A stretch of 64,000 bases of DNA from a virus, in IMG/VR virus record IMGVR_UViG_3300027759_000056, positions 1 through 64,000 of that record. The stretch is one strand, 5' to 3'. The translations under genes were made by a program, and so were the position numbers. This document shows positions 31,444 to 42,069 of this stretch, one piece after another (the first letter of the stretch is position 1; the number at the start of each line of letters is the position of its first letter). A model generated the notes under the pieces. The model ran no database searches, had not been told where the DNA came from, and was given only the letters and a program-made list of their open reading frames with translations.

Positions 31444-32151
31444 ATGGAATTACAAAATTTATTAACGGTAGTTATACCGTGTAAAAATGAGAGAGAGAAT
31501 ATACAGAACGTTTTAAATTCTCTTAACAAACAAAAAAATTCTAAAGGTTTATTGGTAATTGTTGCAGATGTTAGTGATGACATGACAACAATACATTACA
31601 TTAATGCCGAAAGAAATAAAAACATTCAAATTTTAACAATTGATGGCGGGTATCCAGCTTATGGTAGACATCAAGGTGCTTTAATGTCTGAAACTCCATA
31701 TACGTTGTTTTTGGATTCGGATATGGAAATTAAAGATAAAGATTTTTTAGAAAAAATATTAAATGAAATCATTACTAAAAAAGGTTCATTACTTACTTGT
31801 AAAGTTAGAACCACTGATAACGAATATAACTACGTTTATAAGTTTTTTGATTTAATACAAAAGTTTCATAGAATAACAGGACCATTTGCATTAGGTGGAA
31901 TTATGTTGTTTGATACTAAAAGTTATTTTAAACTTGGGGGATTTAATCCAAATGATAAATTTGCGGAAGATTATAATTTAAGTAAAAAAGTTAACTCAAA
32001 AGATTTTATTTTATCAAAAAATATAATACATACATCATCAAGAAGATTAAAATCTAAAGGTGTTTGGTACATGGCCAAATTAATGTTCCTTTCTTTTCTT
32101 AATAGAAATAACCAAAGTTTTTTTGAAAAAACACATTCGTATTGGTCATGA
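31444..32151 (+). CDS. glycosyltransferase family 2
   Basis: VVIPCKNE, FLDSD, AEDY, TSSRR. Confidence 0.88.
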   Translation: MELQNLLTVVIPCKNERENIQNVLNSLNKQKNSKGLLVIVADVSDDMTTIHYINAERNKNIQILTIDGGYPAYGRHQGALMSETPYTLFLDSDMEIKDKDFLEKILNEIITKKGSLLTCKVRTTDNEYNYVYKFFDLIQKFHRITGPFALGGIMLFDTKSYFKLGGFNPNDKFAEDYNLSKKVNSKDFILSKNIIHTSSRRLKSKGVWYMAKLMFLSFLNRNNQSFFEKTHSYWS

Positions 32152-32864
32152 GTTATAAAACGGTAATAATTTCAGATTTACATTTGGGTTCAAAAGCTTC
32201 AAGGTCAAAAGATATTATTAATTTTTTGGAAACAATTGAGTGTAATAATTTATTTCTTAATGGTGATATTATTGATGGGTGGGCGATGAAACGTGGTTCA
32301 AAATGGAAGGATTCACATACCAAAGTTATTAGAAAACTACTTAAAATGGCTGAGAAAGGAACAAATGTAGTTTGGATTAGAGGTAACCACGATGATTTTT
32401 TAGATAACTACATGGGATTAACATTAGGTAATATTACAATAAAAAAAGATTTAATATACAAAGGTGTTGATAAAAGATTGTATTATATTTTTCATGGTGA
32501 TGTTTTAGATGTATTCTCATCAAAATTTAAACTAATAGCAAAAATAGGTTCTATTGGGTATGATTTGGCTTTGTGGTTAAATAGAGTTTACAACAAATAC
32601 AGAGAACTCAGAAAACTACCATACTATTCAATATCTAATGATATTAAACAAGGTGTTAAAGCTGCGGTTAATTTTGTTGGTGACTTTGAAAAAAATGCGG
32701 TACTTTTGTCTAAACAAAAAAATTGTGACGTTGCGGTTTGTGGACATATCCATAAAGTTGAATTGAGTGAAAAATATATGAACTCTGGTGATTGGTGTGA
32801 AAGTTGTACAGCATTGGTTGAAGATTATGATGGAAAGTGGACTATTATTAATTTCCATTTATAA
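32148..32864 (+). CDS. LpxH-like metallophosphoesterase
   Basis: SDLHLG, NGDIIDGW, GNHD, HGD, GHIH, NSGDW. Confidence 0.82.
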   Translation: MSYKTVIISDLHLGSKASRSKDIINFLETIECNNLFLNGDIIDGWAMKRGSKWKDSHTKVIRKLLKMAEKGTNVVWIRGNHDDFLDNYMGLTLGNITIKKDLIYKGVDKRLYYIFHGDVLDVFSSKFKLIAKIGSIGYDLALWLNRVYNKYRELRKLPYYSISNDIKQGVKAAVNFVGDFEKNAVLLSKQKNCDVAVCGHIHKVELSEKYMNSGDWCESCTALVEDYDGKWTIINFHL

Positions 32865-32872
32865 TTATAAAT

Positions 32873-33142
32873 GTGAACTTTCCTTTTACACAAAAAAATG
32901 AAGACGGATATATTGTCCGTACATTTGCACATGATGTTGAATCAGAAGAATTAACTTGGCATTACGATTTACACGAAAGATTTGTTGTTTGTGAACACGA
33001 TACTGATTGGCAAATCCAATTTGATAATGGATTACCAAAACAAATAAAAAAAGGTGAAACAGTTCATGTTCCACCTTTAGTATATCACCGAGTTATAAAA
33101 GGTACTGGTGATTTAACAGTTAAAATTAAAGAAATTATTTAA
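32873..33142 (+). CDS. cupin-like protein
   Basis: WH.D..R..HRVIKG. Confidence 0.55.
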   Translation: MNFPFTQKNEDGYIVRTFAHDVESEELTWHYDLHERFVVCEHDTDWQIQFDNGLPKQIKKGETVHVPPLVYHRVIKGTGDLTVKIKEII

Positions 33143-33719
33143 CAATATACAGTTTGAAATCACTACTTAATGGTTTTTCATTCTTAAAAAAGTATTTTGT
33201 TGTTTTACCATTAACTGTGATGTATTTGTAAAATCCTGAAGGTACTGTAGCACCTGTAGGTAACTTAATTGATTTTTTATCAAACACTAAAACAATTTTA
33301 ACTTTTACAGTTGATGTCTTTGACAATTCTCTTTCGTGTACTTCTAACAATCTCCAAGTACCACGATTTAAGTATTGGTCTTGTAAACAACAATTTAGAA
33401 ATGTGAACGTAGAAAATAACATCTCTTTAGTACAATTAAAGTCAGCTGCTGGTGCTAAATGACCTTTATCGTAAATGTTATTTTCATAGTCTTTACCGTC
33501 AGATGTTTTAATTGAATCTACGGTAAAGAAATCCATACCAGTTCTTGGTGTACTTCCATTTGGACATTTAACAACATACTCAACCCATAAAGGTTCCTCT
33601 AATACTTCAGAATACATTCCCTTAAAGATTGGGTTTTGAAAAAAAACCGAATCTCTTAATTTAGTTTGTGAAAACAAAAAAGTTGGTAGTAAACATAGTA
33701 CGAATAATAATTTTTTCAT
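33135..33719 (-). CDS. DNA/RNA non-specific endonuclease (NucA/EndoG family)
   Basis: YDKGHLAP..N...Q..LN.G.W..LE; signal peptide. Confidence 0.88.
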   Translation of the reverse strand: MKKLLFVLCLLPTFLFSQTKLRDSVFFQNPIFKGMYSEVLEEPLWVEYVVKCPNGSTPRTGMDFFTVDSIKTSDGKDYENNIYDKGHLAPAADFNCTKEMLFSTFTFLNCCLQDQYLNRGTWRLLEVHERELSKTSTVKVKIVLVFDKKSIKLPTGATVPSGFYKYITVNGKTTKYFFKNEKPLSSDFKLYIVK

Positions 33720-33748
33720 ACTAATAAATACTACCAACCAAATACTAT

Positions 33749-34729
33749 TTATCCACCACCATATTCTACATATTCACTCCAATCAGGTTGGTCATTAGTG
33801 GGTTCATCAATTGTTACTAAAACTTCATTTCTAACACGTCTGTTAACAGTTCTCATTGGTCCATCATCCGCAAGAGGTATTGGTTCTGATTCATCTTCTT
33901 TCATATGTAAATCATGAGATTTTGTCCAATACTCACCACCAAGTTCTTTATTGGTTTTTGTTTCTGAAGATGAGTACATTTTTTTAATCAAATTATAAAC
34001 ATCAAAATCAATTTCAGCCGACAAAGAATCTATTCTATCATCAATGGAGTTCCAAAATGAAATATCGTAAAATTTTTTATTTTCTTTCCACATATGAAAC
34101 GCTAATTTATATCCTGTTTCTTTATTTATACAATAGACTAAAACACCATTTTCAGTATATCTAAAATATTGACTGGGGTTATGTTTTGCTGAGGTACACC
34201 ATTTTGTACTTGAGCCGTATTTTAGAGATGATTCATAGGTTAATGGTCTAATAATCAACCATTTTTCAGTTTCTAAATCAACGTATGTTTGTTTTTCAAA
34301 TTCTTTACCAATGTTTTTTATACTAATTAAATTTACAATACCTTCAATTTCATCAATAGTTTTTAATTGATTAATATCAACATTATGAATTTGATTTTTT
34401 TCATACATCTCCATAAAATTTACAAAGACATCTATTTCATTATTGGGAATTCTTTCTAATAATGACCAAAAACTATAAATTAATGTAGGGTCTGAAATAC
34501 TAAATTTACCTTTTAAATGTGGTATTGTGTTTTCTATTCTTGTAAGAAATTCAGTAACTTCATATTCACCCCAAGTATCTACTCGTTCTTTAAATGATGA
34601 ATCAGCAATTTTTACCAATAATGGTAAAAATTTATTTGTATTTGATGGGTCCACCATTTCTAACACATCAATAAGTGATAGGTTCATCCAAGGTGGTACG
34701 GTTTCTTTAAACTTTTTTAATTTTGTCAT
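33749..34729 (-). CDS. hypothetical phage protein (PcfJ-like WCT domain)
   Basis: RPLTYESSLKYGSSTKWCT; start moved downstream of the tRNA. Confidence 0.65.
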   Translation of the reverse strand: MTKLKKFKETVPPWMNLSLIDVLEMVDPSNTNKFLPLLVKIADSSFKERVDTWGEYEVTEFLTRIENTIPHLKGKFSISDPTLIYSFWSLLERIPNNEIDVFVNFMEMYEKNQIHNVDINQLKTIDEIEGIVNLISIKNIGKEFEKQTYVDLETEKWLIIRPLTYESSLKYGSSTKWCTSAKHNPSQYFRYTENGVLVYCINKETGYKLAFHMWKENKKFYDISFWNSIDDRIDSLSAEIDFDVYNLIKKMYSSSETKTNKELGGEYWTKSHDLHMKEDESEPIPLADDGPMRTVNRRVRNEVLVTIDEPTNDQPDWSEYVEYGGG

Positions 34730-34797
34730 GATTAAATTATTTGATACAAAGATAGTAAATAAAAAAAACCGAGTCAAATAACTCGGTTCTTTTTCTG

Positions 34798-34882
34798 CGG
34801 AAGATGAGGGACTTGAACCCACGCATCCTTTTACGGATGTACGGTTTAGCAAACCGCTGCATTACCACTCTGCCAATCTTCC
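34798..34882 (-). tRNA. tRNA-Ser(GCT)
   Basis: cloverleaf; GCGGT-TTGCTAA-ACCGT; long variable arm. Confidence 0.93.
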
Positions 34883-35430
34883 GTATTATTTTTTATAATT
34901 TGATATCCATTATATTCTAATATTTTAACACAATTTTCAAATAACTCATTTATAGTTAAATCTCCTTTCATCATATTAATTTCAGACTTTAATATACCCA
35001 TATTTTCTAATGTATTTTTTCCACCTTTATTTACTGGTATTATATGGTCTAAATGATAATCTTTTGGATTTGTAATGTCAATTGGTTGACCTGTTAAATA
35101 ACAAATTGGATTATCACTTATTTTTTCTTTACCTTCTTTTATTGTGAAATTTTTTTCTTGAATATTCATTAATTTAGTTGAACCATCTCTTCTTTGAAAA
35201 TCCCTAAATTTCAAATTAGTATTTCTATTTCTATACCTATCAATTTTTTCAACTAACTTATCTTGTCTTTTTTGTTTTACTCTATCATAAGCCTTTTCTT
35301 TTTGACCTTCACCACAATAGTATGATATTGTTGACATTGAACAATTAAGTTCTTTTTTAATTTCTGAATATGTTTTACCTTCTTCCCTTAATTTCAATAT
35401 ATTTTCTTTCATACTTATGTTTCTAATCAT
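34846..35430 (-). CDS. HTH-HNH (homing) endonuclease
   Basis: N-terminal HTH; CYLTG..HLDHIIP..GG.N..N; stop lies inside the tRNA. Confidence 0.8.
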   Translation of the reverse strand: MIRNISMKENILKLREEGKTYSEIKKELNCSMSTISYYCGEGQKEKAYDRVKQKRQDKLVEKIDRYRNRNTNLKFRDFQRRDGSTKLMNIQEKNFTIKEGKEKISDNPICYLTGQPIDITNPKDYHLDHIIPVNKGGKNTLENMGILKSEINMMKGDLTINELFENCVKILEYNGYQIIKNNTEDWQSGNAAVC

Positions 35431-35500
35431 AAATATATGATACGAACACTAAATACTTATTAAATAAAAAAATTCTTGGGTTAGTGTCCCAAGAATTTTG

Positions 35501-35588
35501 TGGAAGTTGAGGGATTCGAACCCCCGAACGACTTTCACCGTTGCTAGTTTTCAAGACTAGTGCGTTCAACCAACTCTGCCAAACTTCC
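35501..35588 (-). tRNA. tRNA-Ser(TGA)
   Basis: CTAGT-CTTGAAA-ACTAG; long variable arm. Confidence 0.92.
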
Positions 35589-35609
35589 AAAGTAATTATA
35601 AATACAAAG

Positions 35610-36035
35610 TTATATAGTTTTATCTAAAATATCAAGATTACCTTCAATAATTTGATTGATTCTATTTTTTGCTCTGTCACTAATAGGAATTGGATTACCC
35701 TCATCATCAATCCTAACAAACGTAATTTGTGTGTGTAAAATCACTGTTTGTTTTCCAGTATACACACTATGTGACCTTGCTTCTAAATAAAGAGTGATGG
35801 ATGTATTTCCAACTTTAACAGGTTTACCATATATTTTGAGTAGTTGACCTTCTTTACCTGGTTTGATAAATCTACATTCATCCAAAGCGATTGTTACCAA
35901 TCTTGGTGAATCACAAAGTTGCATTGATAGACCTGATGCTGCTGAGTCCACCCAAGCCAAAATCTTACCTCCAAATAAATTTCCGTGAAAACCCAAGTCT
36001 GATTTTTTGATTGGGTGTGTGTTTAACAATTCCAT
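35610..36035 (-). CDS. acyl-CoA thioesterase (hotdog fold, YciA-like)
   Basis: DLGFHGNLFGG..WVD..VGNTS. Confidence 0.85.
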   Translation of the reverse strand: MELLNTHPIKKSDLGFHGNLFGGKILAWVDSAASGLSMQLCDSPRLVTIALDECRFIKPGKEGQLLKIYGKPVKVGNTSITLYLEARSHSVYTGKQTVILHTQITFVRIDDEGNPIPISDRAKNRINQIIEGNLDILDKTI

Positions 36036-36091
36036 GACAAAAATATACAAGTTTATTTGTTGAAATCAATTTGTTTATGTATCTTTGTTTT

Positions 36092-36568
36092 ATGAAACGT
36101 TTAATAATTTTCATTTTTGTTTTGTTTACAATATCTATTAAGGCACAGACAAACTACAACAATGGTAGGACGTGTGATTTTATTTTGGTTCAAGGTGACA
36201 CATCTTTAATTACTGGATTCAATGGGTTAGATAAAAAAGATTTTGGGATATACTTGGGTGTAAAGTATGGTGGTTTATTCAGTGGGAGTATTTTTTATAC
36301 ACCATTTAATTCAATTAATAGGTTAGGTATTTCTAAAGGTTATATGCACGATGGTATAAGAGGAACTGCTGGTATTAAGATTACACCAACAGGAACAAAT
36401 AGTTATTCTTTGGTACCTGAGTTCGGTATTGCGTTACACCCAATTCGTTTAATCAGTAAAGACCCATATTCTTTTGATATTGTATTATCATATTATCAAT
36501 CAAGCACAGCTCGTTTTGGTTTTGGTATCTCATTCCCTATTCAATATAGAAATAACTTTAGGTTATGA
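36092..36568 (+). CDS. secreted or outer-membrane hypothetical protein
   Basis: signal peptide; beta-rich. Confidence 0.6.
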   Translation: MKRLIIFIFVLFTISIKAQTNYNNGRTCDFILVQGDTSLITGFNGLDKKDFGIYLGVKYGGLFSGSIFYTPFNSINRLGISKGYMHDGIRGTAGIKITPTGTNSYSLVPEFGIALHPIRLISKDPYSFDIVLSYYQSSTARFGFGISFPIQYRNNFRL

Positions 36569-36577
36569 TATTTATAT

Positions 36578-37543
36578 TTGATGGACAATTCAACCATAGA
36601 GCAGATTAACAAGATTTTTGGAACTAAAAAATTAACTTGGTGCGGTAATTTTTTAAGGTATGATAAGAATGCCAGACAAGATTGTTACAATTTTACTTTT
36701 CAAATCAAAGAAATCAAACCGATGATTTCTGTTGGTGAGTGGAAAGACCATGCCCTTGTTGATGTTACTTTATATGTTGACCCAAATATCTTACTTGGTA
36801 AACTTGTGTCTGGTGAATACAAAGACATTTGGGGGGATAGTGAACAGTTACTACGTTTTTACCCAATTAAAAATGGTACTGCGGAAAAAATAACAAATGC
36901 CTTAAAATTAGTTTCTAATTTAGATGTTATTGTAAAATCAATCAAACCGGTTCTTATTGGTGGTGAAGAAGAAACTATTACAGAACAAAAAGTGAGTAAT
37001 AGTTTAATTCGTAATATTGTTAGAGAAATTGCCTTCGAAATAAAAAAAGATTTGCACGGTAAACGTAAAAAGAATATTGGGAGTTACGATATTGGAATGG
37101 AAGAGCCTGTGGATATTGTTTTATTTGTTAACCCAACACCAAACAAAGATGAAAATATAAAACCATTGGACATTCAAGGGTATTGGGATGAAGATGAAAA
37201 TCAGATTGAAATTGATATTGACATTGATGATGATGCCGATATGGATGTCATGTATGAATTGATTGGTGAATTAAATGATGTGGTAACACATGAATTTGAA
37301 CACGCAAAACAAACAAAAAGAGGATACGTTTTTCCTGATGTTGAGTATACTCAACCAAAACGTTATTACTTACAACAACACGAAATTGAAGCTCAGGTTG
37401 CTGGTTTCAAAAGAAAGGCAAAATTACAGAAAAGACCTATTGAAGAAATTATTCGAGAGTACTTCCAAAAAAGAGGTATTAGAAAAAGTTTGATTAATCT
37501 TTTGGTGGAACGATTAATGGACTACTACGTAAATAAAAATTAA
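36578..37543 (+). CDS. hypothetical protein with HExxH motif
   Basis: THEFEHAKQ..EIEA. Confidence 0.65.
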   Translation: MMDNSTIEQINKIFGTKKLTWCGNFLRYDKNARQDCYNFTFQIKEIKPMISVGEWKDHALVDVTLYVDPNILLGKLVSGEYKDIWGDSEQLLRFYPIKNGTAEKITNALKLVSNLDVIVKSIKPVLIGGEEETITEQKVSNSLIRNIVREIAFEIKKDLHGKRKKNIGSYDIGMEEPVDIVLFVNPTPNKDENIKPLDIQGYWDEDENQIEIDIDIDDDADMDVMYELIGELNDVVTHEFEHAKQTKRGYVFPDVEYTQPKRYYLQQHEIEAQVAGFKRKAKLQKRPIEEIIREYFQKRGIRKSLINLLVERLMDYYVNKN

Positions 37544-38154
37544 GATTTTAATATTCTTTTAACAATCTCCTCAAGAGCTGCTGTTGAAACGTGCATTATT
37601 CCTGTTGCTGCCAATGTTTTAACAAGTGTTTCTATTTGGTCAGGAGATAAACTATTACCTTGTAATGCGATTGTTAAATACCCCAATAACGGTATCAAAT
37701 AAATGTATGACATAATATCAGTCAAAAACGCTGCGGAGTTCCCTAAGGTACCTAAAAATCCCTTAAACACGGTTACCAATCTCTTTGTTTTTAATACAGA
37801 ATATCTAAATTCATTTTCAATATTGTCTTCTTTTATTTTTGGTAGAATTTCTTTTAATACATCTTTACCTTCATTGAATACAATACAAATGGTTCCAACA
37901 ATAATCATTAATTTTTGGTCTTCGGTCAAATGTGGGAATTTGTTATTTATTAAATCCATTAATGGTTGCATTAAACCACCAACACCAGCACCAAAAGTTA
38001 ATAATATTCTAAGATTAAATTTTAATCTTTTACTAATTCTTTTATATAGATTGGCTGAAAAGTCCGTACTTTTTTCATAAATTGTTGACAGGATATCTGG
38101 CATCCCCTCAACAAGAATTACTTTTGTTTGTTCTTCCGTAATTAATACGTTCAT
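37540..38154 (-). CDS. membrane protein (LITEEQ leader)
   Basis: hydrophobic segments. Confidence 0.65.
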   Translation of the reverse strand: MNVLITEEQTKVILVEGMPDILSTIYEKSTDFSANLYKRISKRLKFNLRILLTFGAGVGGLMQPLMDLINNKFPHLTEDQKLMIIVGTICIVFNEGKDVLKEILPKIKEDNIENEFRYSVLKTKRLVTVFKGFLGTLGNSAAFLTDIMSYIYLIPLLGYLTIALQGNSLSPDQIETLVKTLAATGIMHVSTAALEEIVKRILKS

Positions 38155-38190
38155 ACTAATAAATACTTCGATATATTTATTCTTTATAGT

Positions 38191-38817
38191 ATGTCACAAT
38201 TAAATCCAAAATTAGAACCTGGCGATAGAATAGTTTTACTACATATGGATGACCCGTATAGTGCGGTCCGTATGGGTACAAAAGGTACAGTACTTAAAAT
38301 TGTTAAAGTTCCATTTGATATGGGATACCAATATAATGTTAAATGGGATGATGGTTCTGTGTTAGATTTATTACCTGAAGCCGACAGTTGGGTATTAGCC
38401 ACGGATGTTAAACCAAAGAAAAATTTAACAACTGAAGAATTTAATCAAGAATTAAAAACGTTATCAAAACATAAAGACATTATTAAAAATATGGATTATA
38501 GACCAGTTCTTGATTATCTAAAACTTATTCAAAAATCAGGATTGGTTAATATGCTTCAGGCAAGAGCATTTTTAATGACTGACTCAAAAAATTTACACAA
38601 GTTAATTTATAAGTTTGATGGCGAACCTGAAGATTATCCTGAGTTATTTGAGAATATTGATGAAGTAAGAGACATTCTAATTAACGAAACAATTAGAATC
38701 ATGCAAGAACAAAATATGGAATTTGACGATTCAACAGTCAATCGTGTTTTTCAAAAAGTTTGTGGTGCGGTTATGGAGATGTACGTAAGTCTATACTCAA
38801 CTTACTTTAAGAAGTAA
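38191..38817 (+). CDS. DUF4314-like protein
   Basis: PGDRIVLLHMDDPY..GTKGTV..VKWDDGS. Confidence 0.6.
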   Translation: MSQLNPKLEPGDRIVLLHMDDPYSAVRMGTKGTVLKIVKVPFDMGYQYNVKWDDGSVLDLLPEADSWVLATDVKPKKNLTTEEFNQELKTLSKHKDIIKNMDYRPVLDYLKLIQKSGLVNMLQARAFLMTDSKNLHKLIYKFDGEPEDYPELFENIDEVRDILINETIRIMQEQNMEFDDSTVNRVFQKVCGAVMEMYVSLYSTYFKK

Positions 38818-39106
38818 TTTCGTATCTATACTCATCGTGAGTTTTAATTGGTATTACCGTAGTTTCCAAAAAAACTGGTGACAACTCACCATAATACCCA
38901 CCTTTAATATTATAGTCAAAATATTCTTCTGCTTCCAACCAAGTCATTCCATCTTTACACAGGGTTTCAATTATTTGGTTTTTTGAATATAATATTCTAC
39001 GACCTTCAAATGATTCTACAATACCAATAATTGCTGCGTTATAACCATCTAAGAGTATGGAACCTTCACAATATTCGTCAAGTTCTAATATATGTCTAGT
39101 TTCCAT
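38807..39106 (-). CDS. conserved phage hypothetical protein
   Basis: DGY..AIIG..EAEEYFDYNI.G. Confidence 0.65.
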   Translation of the reverse strand: METRHILELDEYCEGSILLDGYNAAIIGIVESFEGRRILYSKNQIIETLCKDGMTWLEAEEYFDYNIKGGYYGELSPVFLETTVIPIKTHDEYRYEITS

Positions 39107-39501
39107 TACGGGAAAAAATAATATGAAACCCTTTGTTCTTTATCAAAAACAACAACACCCAAACCATTTTCCAATACTTTGATAACAATTTCCATGTTTC
39201 TTTTAAGAAATGTGTTATAAACTTTCAAATACGCAGCGTCATCAACTTTTGAGTAGGATAAAATATCATAATTAATATCACCATTAGAAATCATACCAGT
39301 GTTTTCGTCAGTAACATTAAAAACCCAAAGAGTTTTATATGTTGTCATATCTTGATTTGGAACAAAATCCCATTTCTGAGTCTGATAATTGTATATCATC
39401 TTAGATGTGGATAACGTATTAGTCATAACTTTTGTAGTTGTGTACTGACCAAATAATGATGTTGAAAACAACAATAACAGAGACAAGAATATATTTTTCA
39501 T
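39106..39501 (-). CDS. secreted hypothetical protein
   Basis: signal peptide. Confidence 0.6.
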   Translation of the reverse strand: MKNIFLSLLLLFSTSLFGQYTTTKVMTNTLSTSKMIYNYQTQKWDFVPNQDMTTYKTLWVFNVTDENTGMISNGDINYDILSYSKVDDAAYLKVYNTFLKRNMEIVIKVLENGLGVVVFDKEQRVSYYFFP

Positions 39502-39514
39502 TTAGTTTTAATTC

Positions 39515-39593
39515 AAAAAAAAGGTTCTCCGTTGTTGACAGGGCTTAAATAAATTACCAAGATACTACTACTCTAAACAACAACGTGAGAACC
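39515..39593 (-). other. long hairpin (15-bp bulged stem) plus U tract; small RNA or terminator
   Basis: ggttctc(a)cgttgttg...caacaacggagaacc-T8. Confidence 0.5.
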
Positions 39594-39624
39594 GTATATA
39601 ATAAACTTAGATATTATATTTCAT

Positions 39625-39861
39625 TTAGTCAAGTTCATCATCATCTTCAACAAGATAATTACCATTTTTAATGTCATCTATGGATAATTCATCACCCCCA
39701 TCAAAAGAATCATATTCTTCTTTTGTTGAACGAGTAATCACATAACCTGTATCGAACAGGGAATCCATAACCTCAATGTTATCCCCCAGTACATCCTCAT
39801 CGGGGAAAGTTACATACCCGATGAGGTCACCATTTTTTTCAATCTTTATATAAACTTCCAT
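39625..39861 (-). CDS. hypothetical acidic protein
   Basis: 78 aa ORF. Confidence 0.6.
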   Translation of the reverse strand: MEVYIKIEKNGDLIGYVTFPDEDVLGDNIEVMDSLFDTGYVITRSTKEEYDSFDGGDELSIDDIKNGNYLVEDDDELD

Positions 39862-40604
39862 TAGTTATAGAACCTTTCTGCCAAGAATTTGAAACGACCA
39901 CCTTGAACAAACTCTCTGATTTGGGATTTCGGTAACCAAAACTCGAACTCACCAATTTCTTCAACACGAAGAGCCAATTCCTCGTGGAAACGAGCCACCT
40001 CAACCTTGTCTTTGATGTATTTCAATCTCAAGTTCTTAGCACATACTGGACCCATACCAGTCAAAATTGAGAACTCGTCAGTCAATTCAGCTCCACAACA
40101 ACGACACACATCACCATTTTCTTTAGTCAATTTGGCACGAACTCTTACCGCTTTGGCACTGATGTGAGTTGTTCCAACCAAGTCAACCAAGATTGGCATG
40201 AACTCCAAACCATATTCTTCTTTGATTTTCAAAGCGATACCACGTTTGATACGGATAGATTCGTTCTTCAAATCAACACGAATTTCCATAGTGGGGGTCT
40301 TTTCTTTTTTGATGCTTTTAACCGCCGCAGAGATTTGACGTTCAGACAAGTTTCTCCATTTGGTGTAGTCTTCTTTCATCTTCAAGATGAACTCATTTGA
40401 ACCTGTGTAGTTCATAATCAATTGTAAATCTTCAGAAAGATTCTCAATTACAAGTTCACCACTACGTTCAATTGTACGTAGAGCTCGTTCAGCAATATCA
40501 CGCTGACGGTTAGTTAAAGATGAGTAGCGAGTCAAAGACTGTTTTAGGCTGTTCAAGAAGTTATTTGAACCTTGGTAGTTGCGGACTTTTTGTTCTGTTG
40601 TCAT
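39861..40604 (-). CDS. DUF6011-like Zn-finger protein
   Basis: CRCCGAELTD..S..GMGPVCA. Confidence 0.7.
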   Translation of the reverse strand: MTTEQKVRNYQGSNNFLNSLKQSLTRYSSLTNRQRDIAERALRTIERSGELVIENLSEDLQLIMNYTGSNEFILKMKEDYTKWRNLSERQISAAVKSIKKEKTPTMEIRVDLKNESIRIKRGIALKIKEEYGLEFMPILVDLVGTTHISAKAVRVRAKLTKENGDVCRCCGAELTDEFSILTGMGPVCAKNLRLKYIKDKVEVARFHEELALRVEEIGEFEFWLPKSQIREFVQGGRFKFLAERFYN

Positions 40605-40675
40605 GGTGGTGGTTATTTGTTATACAAAGATAATACTTTTTTCTTACTGCACAACTATTTATAGAGAAAAAGATT

Positions 40676-41968
40676 ATGAACGCATATTTTTTCCCAGTAT
40701 CAAACGAAGAACGTGAAAACATCTTGAATAAACACAAACATGTTTATAATGGATACAAGACGTTGAATCCTAATCCCGTTGAAAATGAACAACCATTATT
40801 TGTTCAAGACTTTGCAAATGACAAAGGTGGGTTAGTAGTAAATAATAAAGGTGAAGTGAAAGCATACACCAACATGGGTATTAACGAAGCTAGAAAAAGA
40901 AAACCATATTTAGATGATGATGATGCTACTGATGTCCACCCTCATGGTGAATCAGATTGGAACAAACCTAAAGAAATGGATGAAAGTGAACACATGTGTG
41001 AACAATGTGGTTTGAAAGAATCATTATGTGAGTGTGGTGGTTATATGGAAGAGGCTGAATGTAATGAGTGTTGGAATGAAGGTGAAGTAGACGAAGCTGA
41101 AGATGGTGGATTATCAACAATTGAAGAATTGGGTGATGCCATTATGGGTTCAGGAAGATTGGAAGAGATATTAGAAGAAAACAAACCTGAAGATTACTCA
41201 GATGAATTTGAATTTGTTGATAACATTATATTTCAATTAGTAGACCCATATATGGACGATGAGTACTATGATGAGTTGTATGAGTATATAAAAGACATGT
41301 ACGGTGAAACATTATTTGACGAATATAGGTCTGAAATGGGTGATGAGTTTGATGATGATATGTTTGATGATGAAGAAGATGACGAGTCCGATGATGAAGA
41401 AGATGAATATGTTACAGAACAATCAAACAACATATTATCAAATGAATTAGATTCACCAATAGGTAGAAGTTCTTACAGTTATATCAGTGGTGGTCCTGAA
41501 CAATTCAGTGATGATGAAGATGAAGAACACGATGGTTATGAAGATGATATTGAAAACATCCAAAATATGTTTGATTATGCATCACAACACGATGCTGACC
41601 CAGATTCCAAAGATATGATTAGAAATCTTAATAAAGATATGAATCAAGAATTTGATGGTGATGAACCATCTGATGATGAAAAAGAAGCATACACATTTAT
41701 TTCAGGAGGACCTCCAGGTGTGACATTCAGAGAGGAAGAAGAAGAACTTGATGAAGAAGAAGTTGAAGAAAAATGGTCTGAAAAATACAAAAATAGTATT
41801 GACTGTAATAACCCAAAAGGATTCAGTCAAAAAGCTCATTGTCAAGGAAAGAAAAAAGAATCAAAAGAGGAAGTAGAAAAAGAAGTGGACGAAGATTTAA
41901 GAGAGTCTTTTGTAACACAAAGGAACAAAATAACAGAAATGTTCCAAAGATTTAACAAATATAATTAA
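40676..41968 (+). CDS. acidic protein, probable virion/head component
   Basis: 430 aa, D/E rich; KWSEKYKNSIDCNNPKGFSQKAHC. Confidence 0.7.
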   Translation: MNAYFFPVSNEERENILNKHKHVYNGYKTLNPNPVENEQPLFVQDFANDKGGLVVNNKGEVKAYTNMGINEARKRKPYLDDDDATDVHPHGESDWNKPKEMDESEHMCEQCGLKESLCECGGYMEEAECNECWNEGEVDEAEDGGLSTIEELGDAIMGSGRLEEILEENKPEDYSDEFEFVDNIIFQLVDPYMDDEYYDELYEYIKDMYGETLFDEYRSEMGDEFDDDMFDDEEDDESDDEEDEYVTEQSNNILSNELDSPIGRSSYSYISGGPEQFSDDEDEEHDGYEDDIENIQNMFDYASQHDADPDSKDMIRNLNKDMNQEFDGDEPSDDEKEAYTFISGGPPGVTFREEEEELDEEEVEEKWSEKYKNSIDCNNPKGFSQKAHCQGKKKESKEEVEKEVDEDLRESFVTQRNKITEMFQRFNKYN

Positions 41969-42069
41969 CACTCAAAACCCTCACATAAAGTGGGGGTTTT
42001 TTATTTGCTATGTCTTTTACTTTTTTATTTGATATTTCTTAGTAAATAAACTTTTTTTTTAACAAAAAG

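Noticed and set aside
34730-34852. N-terminal extension of ORF 33749..34852
   Set aside because: It overlaps tRNA-Ser and a terminator; the real start is the ATG at 34729 after TATCTTTG.
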